Source of the DNA: Gemmatimonadota bacterium
GTDB lineage: Bacteria; Gemmatimonadota; Gemmatimonadetes; Gemmatimonadales; GWC2-71-9
Direction: 5' to 3'
Assembly (NCBI GenBank): GCA_036679645.1
Contig: JAZDCY010000013.1
Location: forward strand, 1-64,000
DNA length: 64,000 bases
The notes under the pieces were generated by a model. It did not search any database and had not been told where the DNA came from. It saw only the letters and a list, made by a program, of their open reading frames with translations. Numbering within the stretch: position 1 is the first letter of the stretch; every line of letters begins with the position of its first letter. This document shows, piece by piece, positions 27,425 to 37,535 of this stretch. The position numbers and the translations under genes were made by a program.

Positions 27425-28710
27425 TGCAACATGACGAGTTGTCGGGCATGACGGTGAAGGAACTCTCCGCGGCGTGGGCCATCCTCACGCCCGACGAGCG
27501 GATCGAGGCGTTCCGGCGCCTGTCGGACGATGATGCCGAGGCGGTGTTCCAGTTCCTGGACACAGGCGATCAGGCCGTGATCCTGGACAACCTGGCACCC
27601 GGCAAGCGCGGCAAGTATCTGGCCCTGCTGCCCCCCGACGATCTCGCCGACGTATTCCAGGAGTTCGACGAGCGGAGTCAGAAGATCATCTTCAACTCGC
27701 TCGCGCCCGACGATCTCGTAGAGGTGAAGGCGCTCGCCGCCTACGACTGGGACGATGCGGGCGGCGTGATGACGCCGGACTTTGCGCACGTGCTGCCAGA
27801 TCAGACCGTCGACCAGGCCATCGTCTCGCTCCGGTTGCAACTCAAGGAACACCCCGAGACGCTGCGATACGTCTACGTCCTGCAAAGTGATGGTCGTCTG
27901 GCCGGCGTGGTCAGTTTCCGCCAATTGTTCGGTGCCCCATCCCTCGCGCGCGTTCGGGAACTAATGAAAACCGACCTCGTCACGGTACGCGAAGACACCG
28001 ACCAAGAGGAGGTGGCGCAACTGATGCGCAATCACCCCATCTCCGCAATCCCCGTACTGGACGCGTTGAACCGCATGAAGGGTATCATCACGAGCGACGA
28101 CGTCATTGCCATCATGGAAGAGGAGGCGACGGAGGACATTCACAAATTGGCCGCTGTCGCCCCCACCGACACCGATTATGTCCGAGCCGGCGCCGGGCTC
28201 CTCTGGCGTCGCCGTGTCGGGTGGCTTCTTGTGCTCCTCGTTGCCGGAACGTTCACGTCCTTCATGCTCGAGCACTTCGAGAGCACACTCCAGCGCAGCA
28301 TCCTCCTCGCTTTCTACATCCCCATGCTCACCGGTGCCGGCGGGAACACCGGTACCCAGTCAGCGATGCTGGTGATCAGAAGCCTTGCGACCGGCGACCT
28401 CCAGCTACGTAACTGGGGTCGCGTCTTCCTGAAGGAGATTCTGGTTGGCGTCCTGCTCGCGGCGACCCTCGCGGGGCTGCTCGGCACGCTGGGTTTTTTC
28501 CGCGGGGAGGGAGGGACGCAGATTGCGCTCGTGCTCGGCACGACGATGGCCGCTGTCGTACTCTGGGCAAACGTCGTAGGCGCCACACTGCCCATGCTCA
28601 TCCGGGCGGTGGGGCTCGATCCCGCCGTCGTCTCTGCCCCGTTGATCTCGACGCTTGTGGATATCTCCGGGATTGCGATCTATCTGACGATCGCGGGGTG
28701 GATTCTCTAG
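27421..28710 (+). CDS. mgtE: Magnesium transporter
   Basis: AGGVMT, CBS pair, GGNTGTQS, DPAVVSAPLISTLVD. Confidence 0.95.
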   Translation: MMQHDELSGMTVKELSAAWAILTPDERIEAFRRLSDDDAEAVFQFLDTGDQAVILDNLAPGKRGKYLALLPPDDLADVFQEFDERSQKIIFNSLAPDDLVEVKALAAYDWDDAGGVMTPDFAHVLPDQTVDQAIVSLRLQLKEHPETLRYVYVLQSDGRLAGVVSFRQLFGAPSLARVRELMKTDLVTVREDTDQEEVAQLMRNHPISAIPVLDALNRMKGIITSDDVIAIMEEEATEDIHKLAAVAPTDTDYVRAGAGLLWRRRVGWLLVLLVAGTFTSFMLEHFESTLQRSILLAFYIPMLTGAGGNTGTQSAMLVIRSLATGDLQLRNWGRVFLKEILVGVLLAATLAGLLGTLGFFRGEGGTQIALVLGTTMAAVVLWANVVGATLPMLIRAVGLDPAVVSAPLISTLVDISGIAIYLTIAGWIL

Positions 28711-28729
28711 CGGCCCGGCGCCGCGAGCA

Positions 28730-31075
28730 TCACGGTTCGGGTGGGACGTTCCGGCGCCCGACCCCGCGGAGCGGACGACGTTTCAGGCGACTGCTCTTCT
28801 TCTTCCGCCGCTCGGCCAGAGCGATCAAGGCATCCTGCGAGCCGATCCCGTCCGTTTCGTCAGGCTGCCGTTGCGTGTATGACCCATCCGGATGCATGTC
28901 CCAGGCGTTGCGCCGGTCACTCAGTTGCGCATCGAGCATCCGCCGCAACTCCTGCCGTTCTTCAGCACCCTCGACCGGTACGACCGCCTCCACCCGACTG
29001 TCGAGGTTCCGACGCATGCAGTCCGCCGAACCAATGTAGTACTCCTCATCACCACCGTTACCGAAGTAGTAGATCCGTGCGTGCTCGAGGAAACGTCCCA
29101 CCACACTGATGACGTGAATGTTGTCGGACACGCCCGGAATTCCGGGTCGCAGCCGGCACGTGTCGCGCACGATCAGGTCCACCCGGACTCCGGCTTGTGA
29201 CGCGCGGTAGAGCGCACTCGTCACCTCCGGGTCTTCCAGCGCGTTCATCTTGAACTGAATGATGCCGGGCGCGTCGGCGCGGTGGTGCTGGATCTCGCGT
29301 TCGATCCGCTGCAACAATGCCCGCTTGAGCAGTTTTGGGGAGACGAGCACCTTCTTGTACGACCGCTTGGGTTTGTAGCCCGTCGTCAGGTAGTTGAACA
29401 GCTCGGTCAGGTCGGCGCCCACGGCCTCGTCACACGTCAGCAGGCCCAGGTCGGAGTATTGGCGCGCAGTGCCTGCGTGGTAGTTCCCGGTGCCGATGTG
29501 CGCGTAGCGGCGCAGCATATCGTAATCGCGGCGGACAACCAGGATCGCCTTGCAGTGCGTCTTCAGACCAAGAACCCCGTACGTGACGTGGATCCCCGCC
29601 GATTCCAATCGATTCGCCCACCGGATATTCGCGGCTTCATCGAAACGCGCCTTCAACTCTACGACAACCGCGACCTGCTTTCCGTTGCGAGCCGCGTCGA
29701 TCAGATAGTCAATGACTTTGGTGTCCGCTGACGTTCGGTACAGCGTCATCTTGATGGCGAGGACCTTGGCATCCTGACTTGCCTCACGCAGGAACCGTTC
29801 GATAGATGTGACGAACGACTCATAGGGATGGTGGAACAGCAGTGGCCCCGTCTCCCGCACCACGTGGAACACGGACCGATCGGTGTACACTTTTGGATGA
29901 TCGATGGGATGATGTGGCTCATAGTGGAGATCGGGGACCGTGAGGTCAGCAATCTCCATTAGATCGCTGAGCCCGAACATCCCCTCGACACGTGTTACCT
30001 CGTCCGACTCGGCCAGCGACAACTCGGCCGCGAGCATCCCGGCAAGGTGGTCCGGTGCACTGGCATCGATCTCCAGCCGGACGATTGGCGCGAACTTCCG
30101 CTTCCGCAGATCCGACTCGATCGCCGCAAGAAGATCGTCCGCGTCGTCATCCTCTTCGTGTAACTCGGTATTGGCGTTCCGCGTCACGCGGAACGTATGA
30201 CATGCCTCGACCACCATGTCCGGAAAGAGGAGGTCGAGGTTACCGGCCATGACGCTCTCGAGCGTGACATAGGTGTTGCTTTCGCCCAGCTGCAGAAAGC
30301 GCGGCGTGCCCGCTCCAATGGGGACCTTCACACGCGCAAGCGACGTGGTCTTGCTGCCCTCGTAGCGGCACGAGACGAGGAGGTTAATGGAGAGATTGGA
30401 GATGAACGGAAACGGATGCGCGGGGTCTGTTGCCTGCGGTGTCACCAACGGATAGACGTTCTGCACGTACGTCTCACGCAACTGCTTCCGATTCCCGTCG
30501 GACAACTGGTCGAAGGTGGTGATGACGATATCACGATCCTCCAGCTCGCCCAGCAGTGCAACAACTACGTCACTCCGCCGTGCCTCGAAGCGGCGCACGG
30601 ACTTCAGGCAGGCCTCGGCCTGCTCGGTCGGCGTCCTGCCGTCGATGTGGGGCTCGCGTACACCGGCTCCGATCTGCTGCCGTAGGCCGCCAATCCGCTT
30701 CATGAAGAATTCGTCGAGATTGGAGCTGGCAATTGCCAGGAACTTGACTCGCTCCAGAAGGGGAACGCGCGTATCCTCTGCCTCGTGCAGCACGCGGACG
30801 TTGTAGTTCAGCCAGGTCAACTCGCGTGACAGATAGAGCTCGGGCGCGCTAAGATCAATGTCTCCACCGTCACCGAACGACGGTAGATCATCTCGTTCTG
30901 CCGGTGTGCGTCCGCCATGTGTCTCTGCGGCGCGCGCAACGGCCTTTTCCGGATTGCCCGTCGGCTCTGAGCCGGCAACTTTGTCTGGCACCGGTGCGGA
31001 TGGCTCGTGAGCCCGAACCGGCGCGAACTCTCCACTGGAGCCAATTGGCTTGCTCTGAAGGCGATGTATCGTCAT
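28730..31075 (-). CDS. ppk1: Polyphosphate kinase 1
   Basis: SNLDEFFM, HPFPFISN, HHPYES, ELKARFDE, GTGNY, GRFLEH. Confidence 0.97.
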   Translation of the reverse strand: MTIHRLQSKPIGSSGEFAPVRAHEPSAPVPDKVAGSEPTGNPEKAVARAAETHGGRTPAERDDLPSFGDGGDIDLSAPELYLSRELTWLNYNVRVLHEAEDTRVPLLERVKFLAIASSNLDEFFMKRIGGLRQQIGAGVREPHIDGRTPTEQAEACLKSVRRFEARRSDVVVALLGELEDRDIVITTFDQLSDGNRKQLRETYVQNVYPLVTPQATDPAHPFPFISNLSINLLVSCRYEGSKTTSLARVKVPIGAGTPRFLQLGESNTYVTLESVMAGNLDLLFPDMVVEACHTFRVTRNANTELHEEDDDADDLLAAIESDLRKRKFAPIVRLEIDASAPDHLAGMLAAELSLAESDEVTRVEGMFGLSDLMEIADLTVPDLHYEPHHPIDHPKVYTDRSVFHVVRETGPLLFHHPYESFVTSIERFLREASQDAKVLAIKMTLYRTSADTKVIDYLIDAARNGKQVAVVVELKARFDEAANIRWANRLESAGIHVTYGVLGLKTHCKAILVVRRDYDMLRRYAHIGTGNYHAGTARQYSDLGLLTCDEAVGADLTELFNYLTTGYKPKRSYKKVLVSPKLLKRALLQRIEREIQHHRADAPGIIQFKMNALEDPEVTSALYRASQAGVRVDLIVRDTCRLRPGIPGVSDNIHVISVVGRFLEHARIYYFGNGGDEEYYIGSADCMRRNLDSRVEAVVPVEGAEERQELRRMLDAQLSDRRNAWDMHPDGSYTQRQPDETDGIGSQDALIALAERRKKKSSRLKRRPLRGVGRRNVPPEP

Positions 31076-32586
31076 GCGGTTGATGCCACCTTTGGCTCGG
31101 CGCTCGTGTCCAACACGTGCTCGAGCCGATCGCACACAGTCCGCAAGACCTTGACCCGGGCAAACCGCTTGTAATTTGCCTCGACCAACGTCCAGGGTGC
31201 AGATCGCGTGCTCGTGCGCTCGATCATGTCGTGTACTGCCCTCTCATACTGTTCCCACTTCTCACGGTTCCGCCAATCTTCGTCCGTAAGCTTGTAGCGC
31301 TTGTACGCCGTCTTCTCCCGAGACTTGAAACGCTTCTTCTGCTCACTCTTGCTGATGTGCAGCCAGAACTTGGCAAGCACTATGCCGTGGTTCACCAACT
31401 CCTGCTCGAAGCCGTTGATCTCGGCAAAGGCGCGCCGCCACTCGAGTCCAGACGCGAACGCTTCCACCCGTTCCACCAGCACGCGTCCGTACCAACTGCG
31501 ATCGAAGATCGTGAAGCGGCCGGGACGGGGTACGTGACGCCAGAACCGCCAGAGATAGTGGTGCGCGCGTTCCTCGTCCGTCGGTGCGCCAAACATGATG
31601 ACCTGGTAATGCCGCGCGTCGAGTGCCGCGAGCAGGCGACGAATCGCGCCTCCCTTGCCGGCCGCGTCCCATCCCTCGAAGACGAGCATCGTCGCGACCC
31701 GCTCCGCTAGCGCGCGGCGGTGGAGCCGGTTCAGACGGGCCTGCTGCTCTTCCAATTCCTTGCGGTACGTGTCCTTTGAAAGGGACCGGCTCAGGTCGAG
31801 ATGCGAAAGCACGGTCTGTGACTCGACGCGTAGCGAGTCGACATCGCGTGCCTCTGGGTCATCGTCGTTCGTCGAGCCATCCGCCAACCGGCGCTCCATC
31901 GCCTCCAGCAGCGTCGTGGCCACCTTCAGCGAGCGAAACCGCGGATCCGTCCCCTCGACGATCGTCCACGGTGCCTCGCCCGTCGACGTTCGCATGATGA
32001 TCCGTTCCGCTACCCCGATGAACTGGTCGTACATGCGCCAGTGCTTCCAATCTTTCTCCGTGACGCGCCAGGCCTGCGCGGGATCCTCGCCAAGCGAGCG
32101 CAACCGTTCTTCCTGTTGGGTTCTGCCTAGGTGCATCCAGAACTTCACGATCAGCGCGCCGTCGTCGACCAGCGTCCGCTCGAATGCCTCGATCTGGTCG
32201 AGCCGTTCGTCGAGCTCCGGGTCGCCGATCTCGTCGTAGGCCCGCTTGACGAGCGGATCCGAGTACCACGCGCTCAAGAAGATCCCGATCTGCCCCGCAG
32301 GCGGGAGGTCGCGCCAATAGCGCCAGTACTCCGGAGCTTCTCGCTCCGCCTGTGTCAACTCCCCGTAAGCACGCGTCACGATCCAGTGCGGGTCCATCCA
32401 CTCACTCAGGAGGTTGGTCGTCTCGCCCTTGCCCGCGCCGTCAACGCCGGCGAAGAGCACAATTACCGGAAACGGGGCGGACCGCAGTGCTCCCTGGGCC
32501 TCCAAGAGACGCTCGCGCAGCACCGGGACGCGCTCTTCGTATTCGTCCTCGGAGACGGCCTGACCCAATTCCGCCGATTCGAACAT
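31072..32586 (-). CDS. pap: Polyphosphate:AMP phosphotransferase (two PPK2 domains)
   Basis: MFESAE, GVDGAGKG and GWDAAGKG, FDRSWYGRVLVER. Confidence 0.95.
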   Translation of the reverse strand: MFESAELGQAVSEDEYEERVPVLRERLLEAQGALRSAPFPVIVLFAGVDGAGKGETTNLLSEWMDPHWIVTRAYGELTQAEREAPEYWRYWRDLPPAGQIGIFLSAWYSDPLVKRAYDEIGDPELDERLDQIEAFERTLVDDGALIVKFWMHLGRTQQEERLRSLGEDPAQAWRVTEKDWKHWRMYDQFIGVAERIIMRTSTGEAPWTIVEGTDPRFRSLKVATTLLEAMERRLADGSTNDDDPEARDVDSLRVESQTVLSHLDLSRSLSKDTYRKELEEQQARLNRLHRRALAERVATMLVFEGWDAAGKGGAIRRLLAALDARHYQVIMFGAPTDEERAHHYLWRFWRHVPRPGRFTIFDRSWYGRVLVERVEAFASGLEWRRAFAEINGFEQELVNHGIVLAKFWLHISKSEQKKRFKSREKTAYKRYKLTDEDWRNREKWEQYERAVHDMIERTSTRSAPWTLVEANYKRFARVKVLRTVCDRLEHVLDTSAEPKVASTA

Positions 32587-32714
32587 GGGGGGGAAGGTGG
32601 CGCGGGACTACCCCTGTGTCCAGGAGTTATCGGGGGATAGGATATAGCAGCTTGGCGTCGCAGGACAGGTACAATGGTTCAGGACCGGTACAATGATTGG
32701 AGATTTCAGTAATC

Positions 32715-34436
32715 TCAAACCAGTCGGTTTCCCACCGGGTACGGGAACACATCAACGACCTCACCGGCAGCGTTGCGTTCCTTCAGTTCCTGCCAGAAAT
32801 CGGGATCGAATAACACTCCGTGGGCAGCGAGAAATGCCGCGCGGACGTCACCTTCCAGCGGCAGGAACCGAACCAGTTCCTCGGGGAAGATGTCGTGCCG
32901 ACCCACCCCGTACCACGGCTCCTCTCCCATCTCTTCTGCGAGACAAGAGGCCTGGGGGATTTTGCGAAACACGCAATCGCTGAGCAGACACAACTCGTCG
33001 TAATCGTAGAAGACGACGCGCCCGTGACGGGTAACGCCAAAGTTCTTGAGGAGGAGATCACCGGGAAACACGTTGGTGGCGGCCAGGTCACGAATGGCCT
33101 GGCCGTAGTCGAGCATCGCCCGGACGACGCGGTCGGGATCTGCATCGGACACGTAGAGATCGAGGGGCCGTACTCGCCGTTCGGTGTACAAATGACTGAT
33201 CACCACGTGGTCACCCTCGAGCGACACGGAACGCGACGCCGTCTCGAGCAGTTCAGCGAGGAGCCGCTTGGAAAACCGCTCGCGCGGGAAGGCGAGATGC
33301 TCGAACTCCTGCGCGTCCACCAATCTTCCCACGCGGTCGTGCTCGAAGACGATCTGATAGCGCCGCTTGACTCCCGCCGGCGTTGTTTGCTTGGGGTAAG
33401 GAAATGAGTCCCGGATGACCTTGAAGACGACGTCGAGCGACGGCATCGCGAAGACGGCCATCACCATGCCCTTGGCGCCAGCGGCGATCTCGAAGCACTC
33501 ATCCGTCCACGACAGGTGCCGTTGCAGGTGCCGATACAGCTCGGTTTTTCCGTGCTTGTGGTAGCCAAGCGCCGTGTACAGCTCCCACACCGGTTTGACG
33601 GGCATGATCGAGCGCAGAAACCCGATGACGTCAGACGGTCTGCTGATGTCTACGTGGAAGTACGAACGGGTGAACCCGAATAGCACGCTCACTTCATCTT
33701 CGCGAACCAAGACTGCATCGACCGCGATCCCGTCGTCCCGATGGGCCAGCACCACGACGAGCGGCATGACACGGTTGCCCCCGCGGACTCTGCCCACGAG
33801 ATAGGCTCCCTTGCGCCGGTAGAAGACGGTATCGAGCAGTTCCAGGTCCTCGAACGGGACCGGCGCCAGCCCCTTGGCCCACTGCTCCTCGATGCGTTGA
33901 GCGACGAGGCGCGCATCACGATCCACATGGGCAAACGGCACACGGAACGCAAAGTCCTGCAACACCGTTCGGACGACACTCTCCGTGGTCCCCACGGTCG
34001 AGTAAGCGCGGTACGGGGCATCGATCAGCATGGGCACGCGCTCGAACTCGAAGTCGAGGAATTCGGCCCTGGTGTTCACGCCGACGGTCACGAGCACCCG
34101 CCGTGTGACGGAATTGTAGAATGTCTCCGCCACTTCGATGGCAGGATGACCGATGATCGACTCGGCGTACACGTCACGGATCGCGCCCCACGTGTCGGTG
34201 CCGCCCCCGTCCGGCCCGAGCACTGCGCGCACCTCCTCAACGACCTTGTCCAAAACGCGTCCGTAGAGGGTCAGCCGTTCCTTTGCATCCTGCTGCATCC
34301 CGCGCCAGTCACGCTGCGCAAACCGCTGTGCCGCACGCCGCGCGATCTCGAGATTGTCCCGCTCGTACGTCTTGAACCCGTCACGGATCTGCGCCGCGGC
34401 GCGGCGAGCCCGAGTGTCCACCGACATTCCGGTCAT
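32715..34436 (-). CDS. aceK: Isocitrate dehydrogenase kinase/phosphatase
   Basis: AETFYNSV, KHGKTELYR, GMVM, HDRVGR, PGDLLLKNFG, FYDYDE. Confidence 0.95.
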   Translation of the reverse strand: MTGMSVDTRARRAAAQIRDGFKTYERDNLEIARRAAQRFAQRDWRGMQQDAKERLTLYGRVLDKVVEEVRAVLGPDGGGTDTWGAIRDVYAESIIGHPAIEVAETFYNSVTRRVLVTVGVNTRAEFLDFEFERVPMLIDAPYRAYSTVGTTESVVRTVLQDFAFRVPFAHVDRDARLVAQRIEEQWAKGLAPVPFEDLELLDTVFYRRKGAYLVGRVRGGNRVMPLVVVLAHRDDGIAVDAVLVREDEVSVLFGFTRSYFHVDISRPSDVIGFLRSIMPVKPVWELYTALGYHKHGKTELYRHLQRHLSWTDECFEIAAGAKGMVMAVFAMPSLDVVFKVIRDSFPYPKQTTPAGVKRRYQIVFEHDRVGRLVDAQEFEHLAFPRERFSKRLLAELLETASRSVSLEGDHVVISHLYTERRVRPLDLYVSDADPDRVVRAMLDYGQAIRDLAATNVFPGDLLLKNFGVTRHGRVVFYDYDELCLLSDCVFRKIPQASCLAEEMGEEPWYGVGRHDIFPEELVRFLPLEGDVRAAFLAAHGVLFDPDFWQELKERNAAGEVVDVFPYPVGNRLV

Positions 34437-34871
34437 GCCGCATTGAGCTGCAAGGGTCGCGCCATCGTCCGCGCACGGGTGCAAGCTGTTAGGTTCTTGC
34501 CACGTAACAGCTTGGGACCTTCGAGACCTCATCCGGAACTCCCGGATATCTGCGGATCGGAAGCCCCTTTGTGCTCCGCTCCGTCGACCACCCGTGCACG
34601 AAGTCGAGGGTACTTCCTCTTGCCTTCGTCATGACGTACGTGGTTGGCGCGGGCCAACTGGCGTCTTCCTCGCCACGACCGTCGCGTTCTCCGCCCTGGC
34701 TGTAGTGAGCGCGATCATTTTCCGACGCGGGGCGGTGGAAACACAAGGTCGTGTGAGCGTGAGCGGTGAGCAGTGAGCGGGAATCCGCGAAGGGAACAGC
34801 CCGCGCACGGCCTAACGCGCACCGATCGCTCCGGCTCTTACCCGTTTTCTCTCCCTGGCGTATAATAGCGA

Positions 34872-36626
34872 ATGACCGACGTACCGAGGCGACGGGAACG
34901 TCTCAGCCGAATCAGTGCCGTCGTGCAACGGCGGGTGCCCAACGTGTTTCGGATGGACAGCATCAAGAGCCAGATCGTCGTATTCGCTCTGCTCGCGGCG
35001 CTGATTCCGTCCATCGCGATGGCGTGGGTGTCGTACGTGCAGAACCGCGGCGCACTCACCGACAAGATCAACGAGCAACTCCACAGTATCAGCACACAGA
35101 CCGCGCGCGAGATGGAAATATGGCTGAAAGAAAGCCTCTACGACGTGCGCGTCTTTGCCAGTTCGTTTGTGGTTACGGAGAATGTGGAACGAATCCGCCA
35201 GGCGGCCACTAGAGAGACCACCGATACCGAAGCGCTGACCCGGCTGACCGACTATCTCCACTCCGTCCGGGAACGCTTTACCGATTACGACGAGCTGTTC
35301 GTGGTCGCGCGAGGTGCCAGCGTTGTCGCCAGCGGGCCGGGGGAGACCGGACCAATCCAGCTCAAGGCCGATTGGCTCGACGATGTGGAAGCGGGCCGCA
35401 TCGTGCTCGGTGAGCCGTACTGGAGCGAGAGCCTCGGACGCGCCGGCATGGCGCTTGGCATTCCCGTCACGTCGCCGGACGGACGATTCCTCGGAGCGCT
35501 CGCCGCGTCGGTGAACTTCTCCACGGTCCAGACAATCCTGCGATCGTTCGTGCGAAGCGAGCATGGAGACGTCTACCTGACGACGAACGACGGCAGGATC
35601 ATTCTATCCGCGCAAGAGAGTTCCGCGGGCCTCATGGCGGAGCGCCTCGATTCGGCGACTAGGTCGGCCATGCAGGCTGATACCGCGGAACTGGTCTCCT
35701 ACCCGGGCCGGGCTGGGGAGCAGGTGGTCGGCACGTGGGCCCCTATTCCCGGCCTTCCCTGGGCCACAGTCGCCGAACTCCAGGCAGCCGACGCCTTTAA
35801 GCCGATAGCCCGTCTGCGGAATGTGACGCTCGCCATCGTCTTCGGGCTGGTGCTCACTATCGGACTCATCGCCTACCGGCTCGGGCTGCTGATCACGCGG
35901 CCGCTCGACCGCCTCACCACCGCCGCGGGGACGGTGGCCAAGGGCGACCTGTCCGTGAGCCTGTCGGACGCCGGATCCGGAGAGGTTGGGTACCTCACCG
36001 ATGTCTTCGTCTACATGGTGCAGCGACTGCGCGAGGGCCGTGATGAACTCAGCGAGGCCCACGATGAGCTAAAGAAAACCAATGAAGAGCTGGAACGACT
36101 GTCCATCACCGACTCACTGACCGGCCTGTACAACCGCCGCTACCTCATGCGGACGCTGGAGGCCGAGGTCCGGCGCGCCGGCCGTACGAAACACGCCTTT
36201 GCGGTGCTCATGACCGACGTCGATCACTTCAAGTCGTTCAACGACACGTACGGCCACCAGGCGGGTGACGAGGTCCTGGCCCGGGTCGCGGGCGTGCTTC
36301 AGGCGACTGTTCGCGAGGTCGATTGCGCGGCACGCTACGGCGGCGAGGAATTCTCGGTGATGCTGCCCGAGACCGGGTTGCAGGGAGCGACCGAGGTGGC
36401 CGAGCGGGTGCGCGTCGGGGTGGCCGAGGAACCGTTCGTCTTCCGCGGCAAGACGGTGCGCGTGACGCTCAGTATTGGAGTCTCCGAGTTCCCGACTGAC
36501 GGAGAGACGTCCGAGGCACTCATCGAGGCGGCCGACCGGGCGCTTTACCAGGCCAAGCGGAAAGGACGCAATCGTGTTGTCCGCGCTGCGCGCGGCAGGG
36601 GGGGGGCCAAGAAGAAAGAAGCCTGA
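34872..36626 (+). CDS. Cache-HAMP-GGDEF diguanylate cyclase
   Basis: 2 TM, HAMP, DSLTGLYNRR, REVD I-site, GGEEF. Confidence 0.95.
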   Translation: MTDVPRRRERLSRISAVVQRRVPNVFRMDSIKSQIVVFALLAALIPSIAMAWVSYVQNRGALTDKINEQLHSISTQTAREMEIWLKESLYDVRVFASSFVVTENVERIRQAATRETTDTEALTRLTDYLHSVRERFTDYDELFVVARGASVVASGPGETGPIQLKADWLDDVEAGRIVLGEPYWSESLGRAGMALGIPVTSPDGRFLGALAASVNFSTVQTILRSFVRSEHGDVYLTTNDGRIILSAQESSAGLMAERLDSATRSAMQADTAELVSYPGRAGEQVVGTWAPIPGLPWATVAELQAADAFKPIARLRNVTLAIVFGLVLTIGLIAYRLGLLITRPLDRLTTAAGTVAKGDLSVSLSDAGSGEVGYLTDVFVYMVQRLREGRDELSEAHDELKKTNEELERLSITDSLTGLYNRRYLMRTLEAEVRRAGRTKHAFAVLMTDVDHFKSFNDTYGHQAGDEVLARVAGVLQATVREVDCAARYGGEEFSVMLPETGLQGATEVAERVRVGVAEEPFVFRGKTVRVTLSIGVSEFPTDGETSEALIEAADRALYQAKRKGRNRVVRAARGRGGAKKKEA

Positions 36627-36630
36627 GCCG

Positions 36631-37419
36631 TTACGGCTGCTGCGGGTCCGGCTGTCGGCTTCCGACCAGGTTGTAGAAGATCCATCCCGTCCGGCCAGCC
36701 TCGTCGCTTACCCGAACCCATTCCTGTGTATAGGACAGTCCCGTCAACGGCGCATGCGGATCGAGCGTGAATAGGATGCGGAACCCCAGCCCCGGACCAG
36801 CACGCACGTTGCTGCGCCTGCTCGTCTGTAACGGAAGCGGCAGGGCAAGAGCGACCTCGCCGGGCCGTCGTTGCTCGTCGTCACCAGTCGCCAGCCTGGC
36901 CTGGCCCGCGAGCGCAATGCTGCGAGCCTGGCTCGCCAGATAAAGCGATCCGCCATAATTCTGGTTGTTGAATTCTCCGGTGCTCATCTCGAGGAAGTGC
37001 GCCGCCTGGCCTCGCTCGGGAGCATCTGCTGCGCCGGTCAGGTTGGAGAGCGCTTCCAGTGCAATCTCCGCCTCGGCCATGGCCGACGCGGCCTCCGCCC
37101 GGCTGGCGAGGGTCTGGAGCCGCGCCATCGCGCGGACGACTTCCTGGATGGCCCCGTCGAGGTGTTCCTGAAGTTCGCTGATTTGGGCGTCGCGCTCGAG
37201 CAACTGGAGCTGGAGCAGGGCAATCCGCTGCTCGAGTTCGGGATTAGGGTCGGTCCCACGCGTCACTCGTACGGTGTCCACCCGCACGATGGTATCCAGC
37301 GCAGGCGTGAGGGGAGCGGTCCCGGACCCACCCGGCGTGCACGCTGCGGCGACCGACAGGATGACGAGTGAGTACGCTCGCCCCACCACACGGCTGAAGA
37401 GTCGTAGCACTCGTATCAT
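36631..37419 (-). CDS. Lipoprotein with coiled coil and C-terminal SH3 domain
   Basis: Lipobox AAAC, NVRAGPG, WVRV...GWI. Confidence 0.8.
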   Translation of the reverse strand: MIRVLRLFSRVVGRAYSLVILSVAAACTPGGSGTAPLTPALDTIVRVDTVRVTRGTDPNPELEQRIALLQLQLLERDAQISELQEHLDGAIQEVVRAMARLQTLASRAEAASAMAEAEIALEALSNLTGAADAPERGQAAHFLEMSTGEFNNQNYGGSLYLASQARSIALAGQARLATGDDEQRRPGEVALALPLPLQTSRRSNVRAGPGLGFRILFTLDPHAPLTGLSYTQEWVRVSDEAGRTGWIFYNLVGSRQPDPQQP

Positions 37420-37535
37420 TGCGCAGGCACCTCCTCCGCTCAGGACTCGACGTTGCTGAACGTATCCCCCAGCCGGCAAATGGGACAGAGCCGGCCGCGC
37501 CGGGCAAGCTCAGCGACGGCGGTGGGGCTACCACT

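Noticed and set aside
34594..34776. 60-aa ORF with a hydrophobic stretch
   Set aside because: No RBS or recognisable motif; may be a fragment
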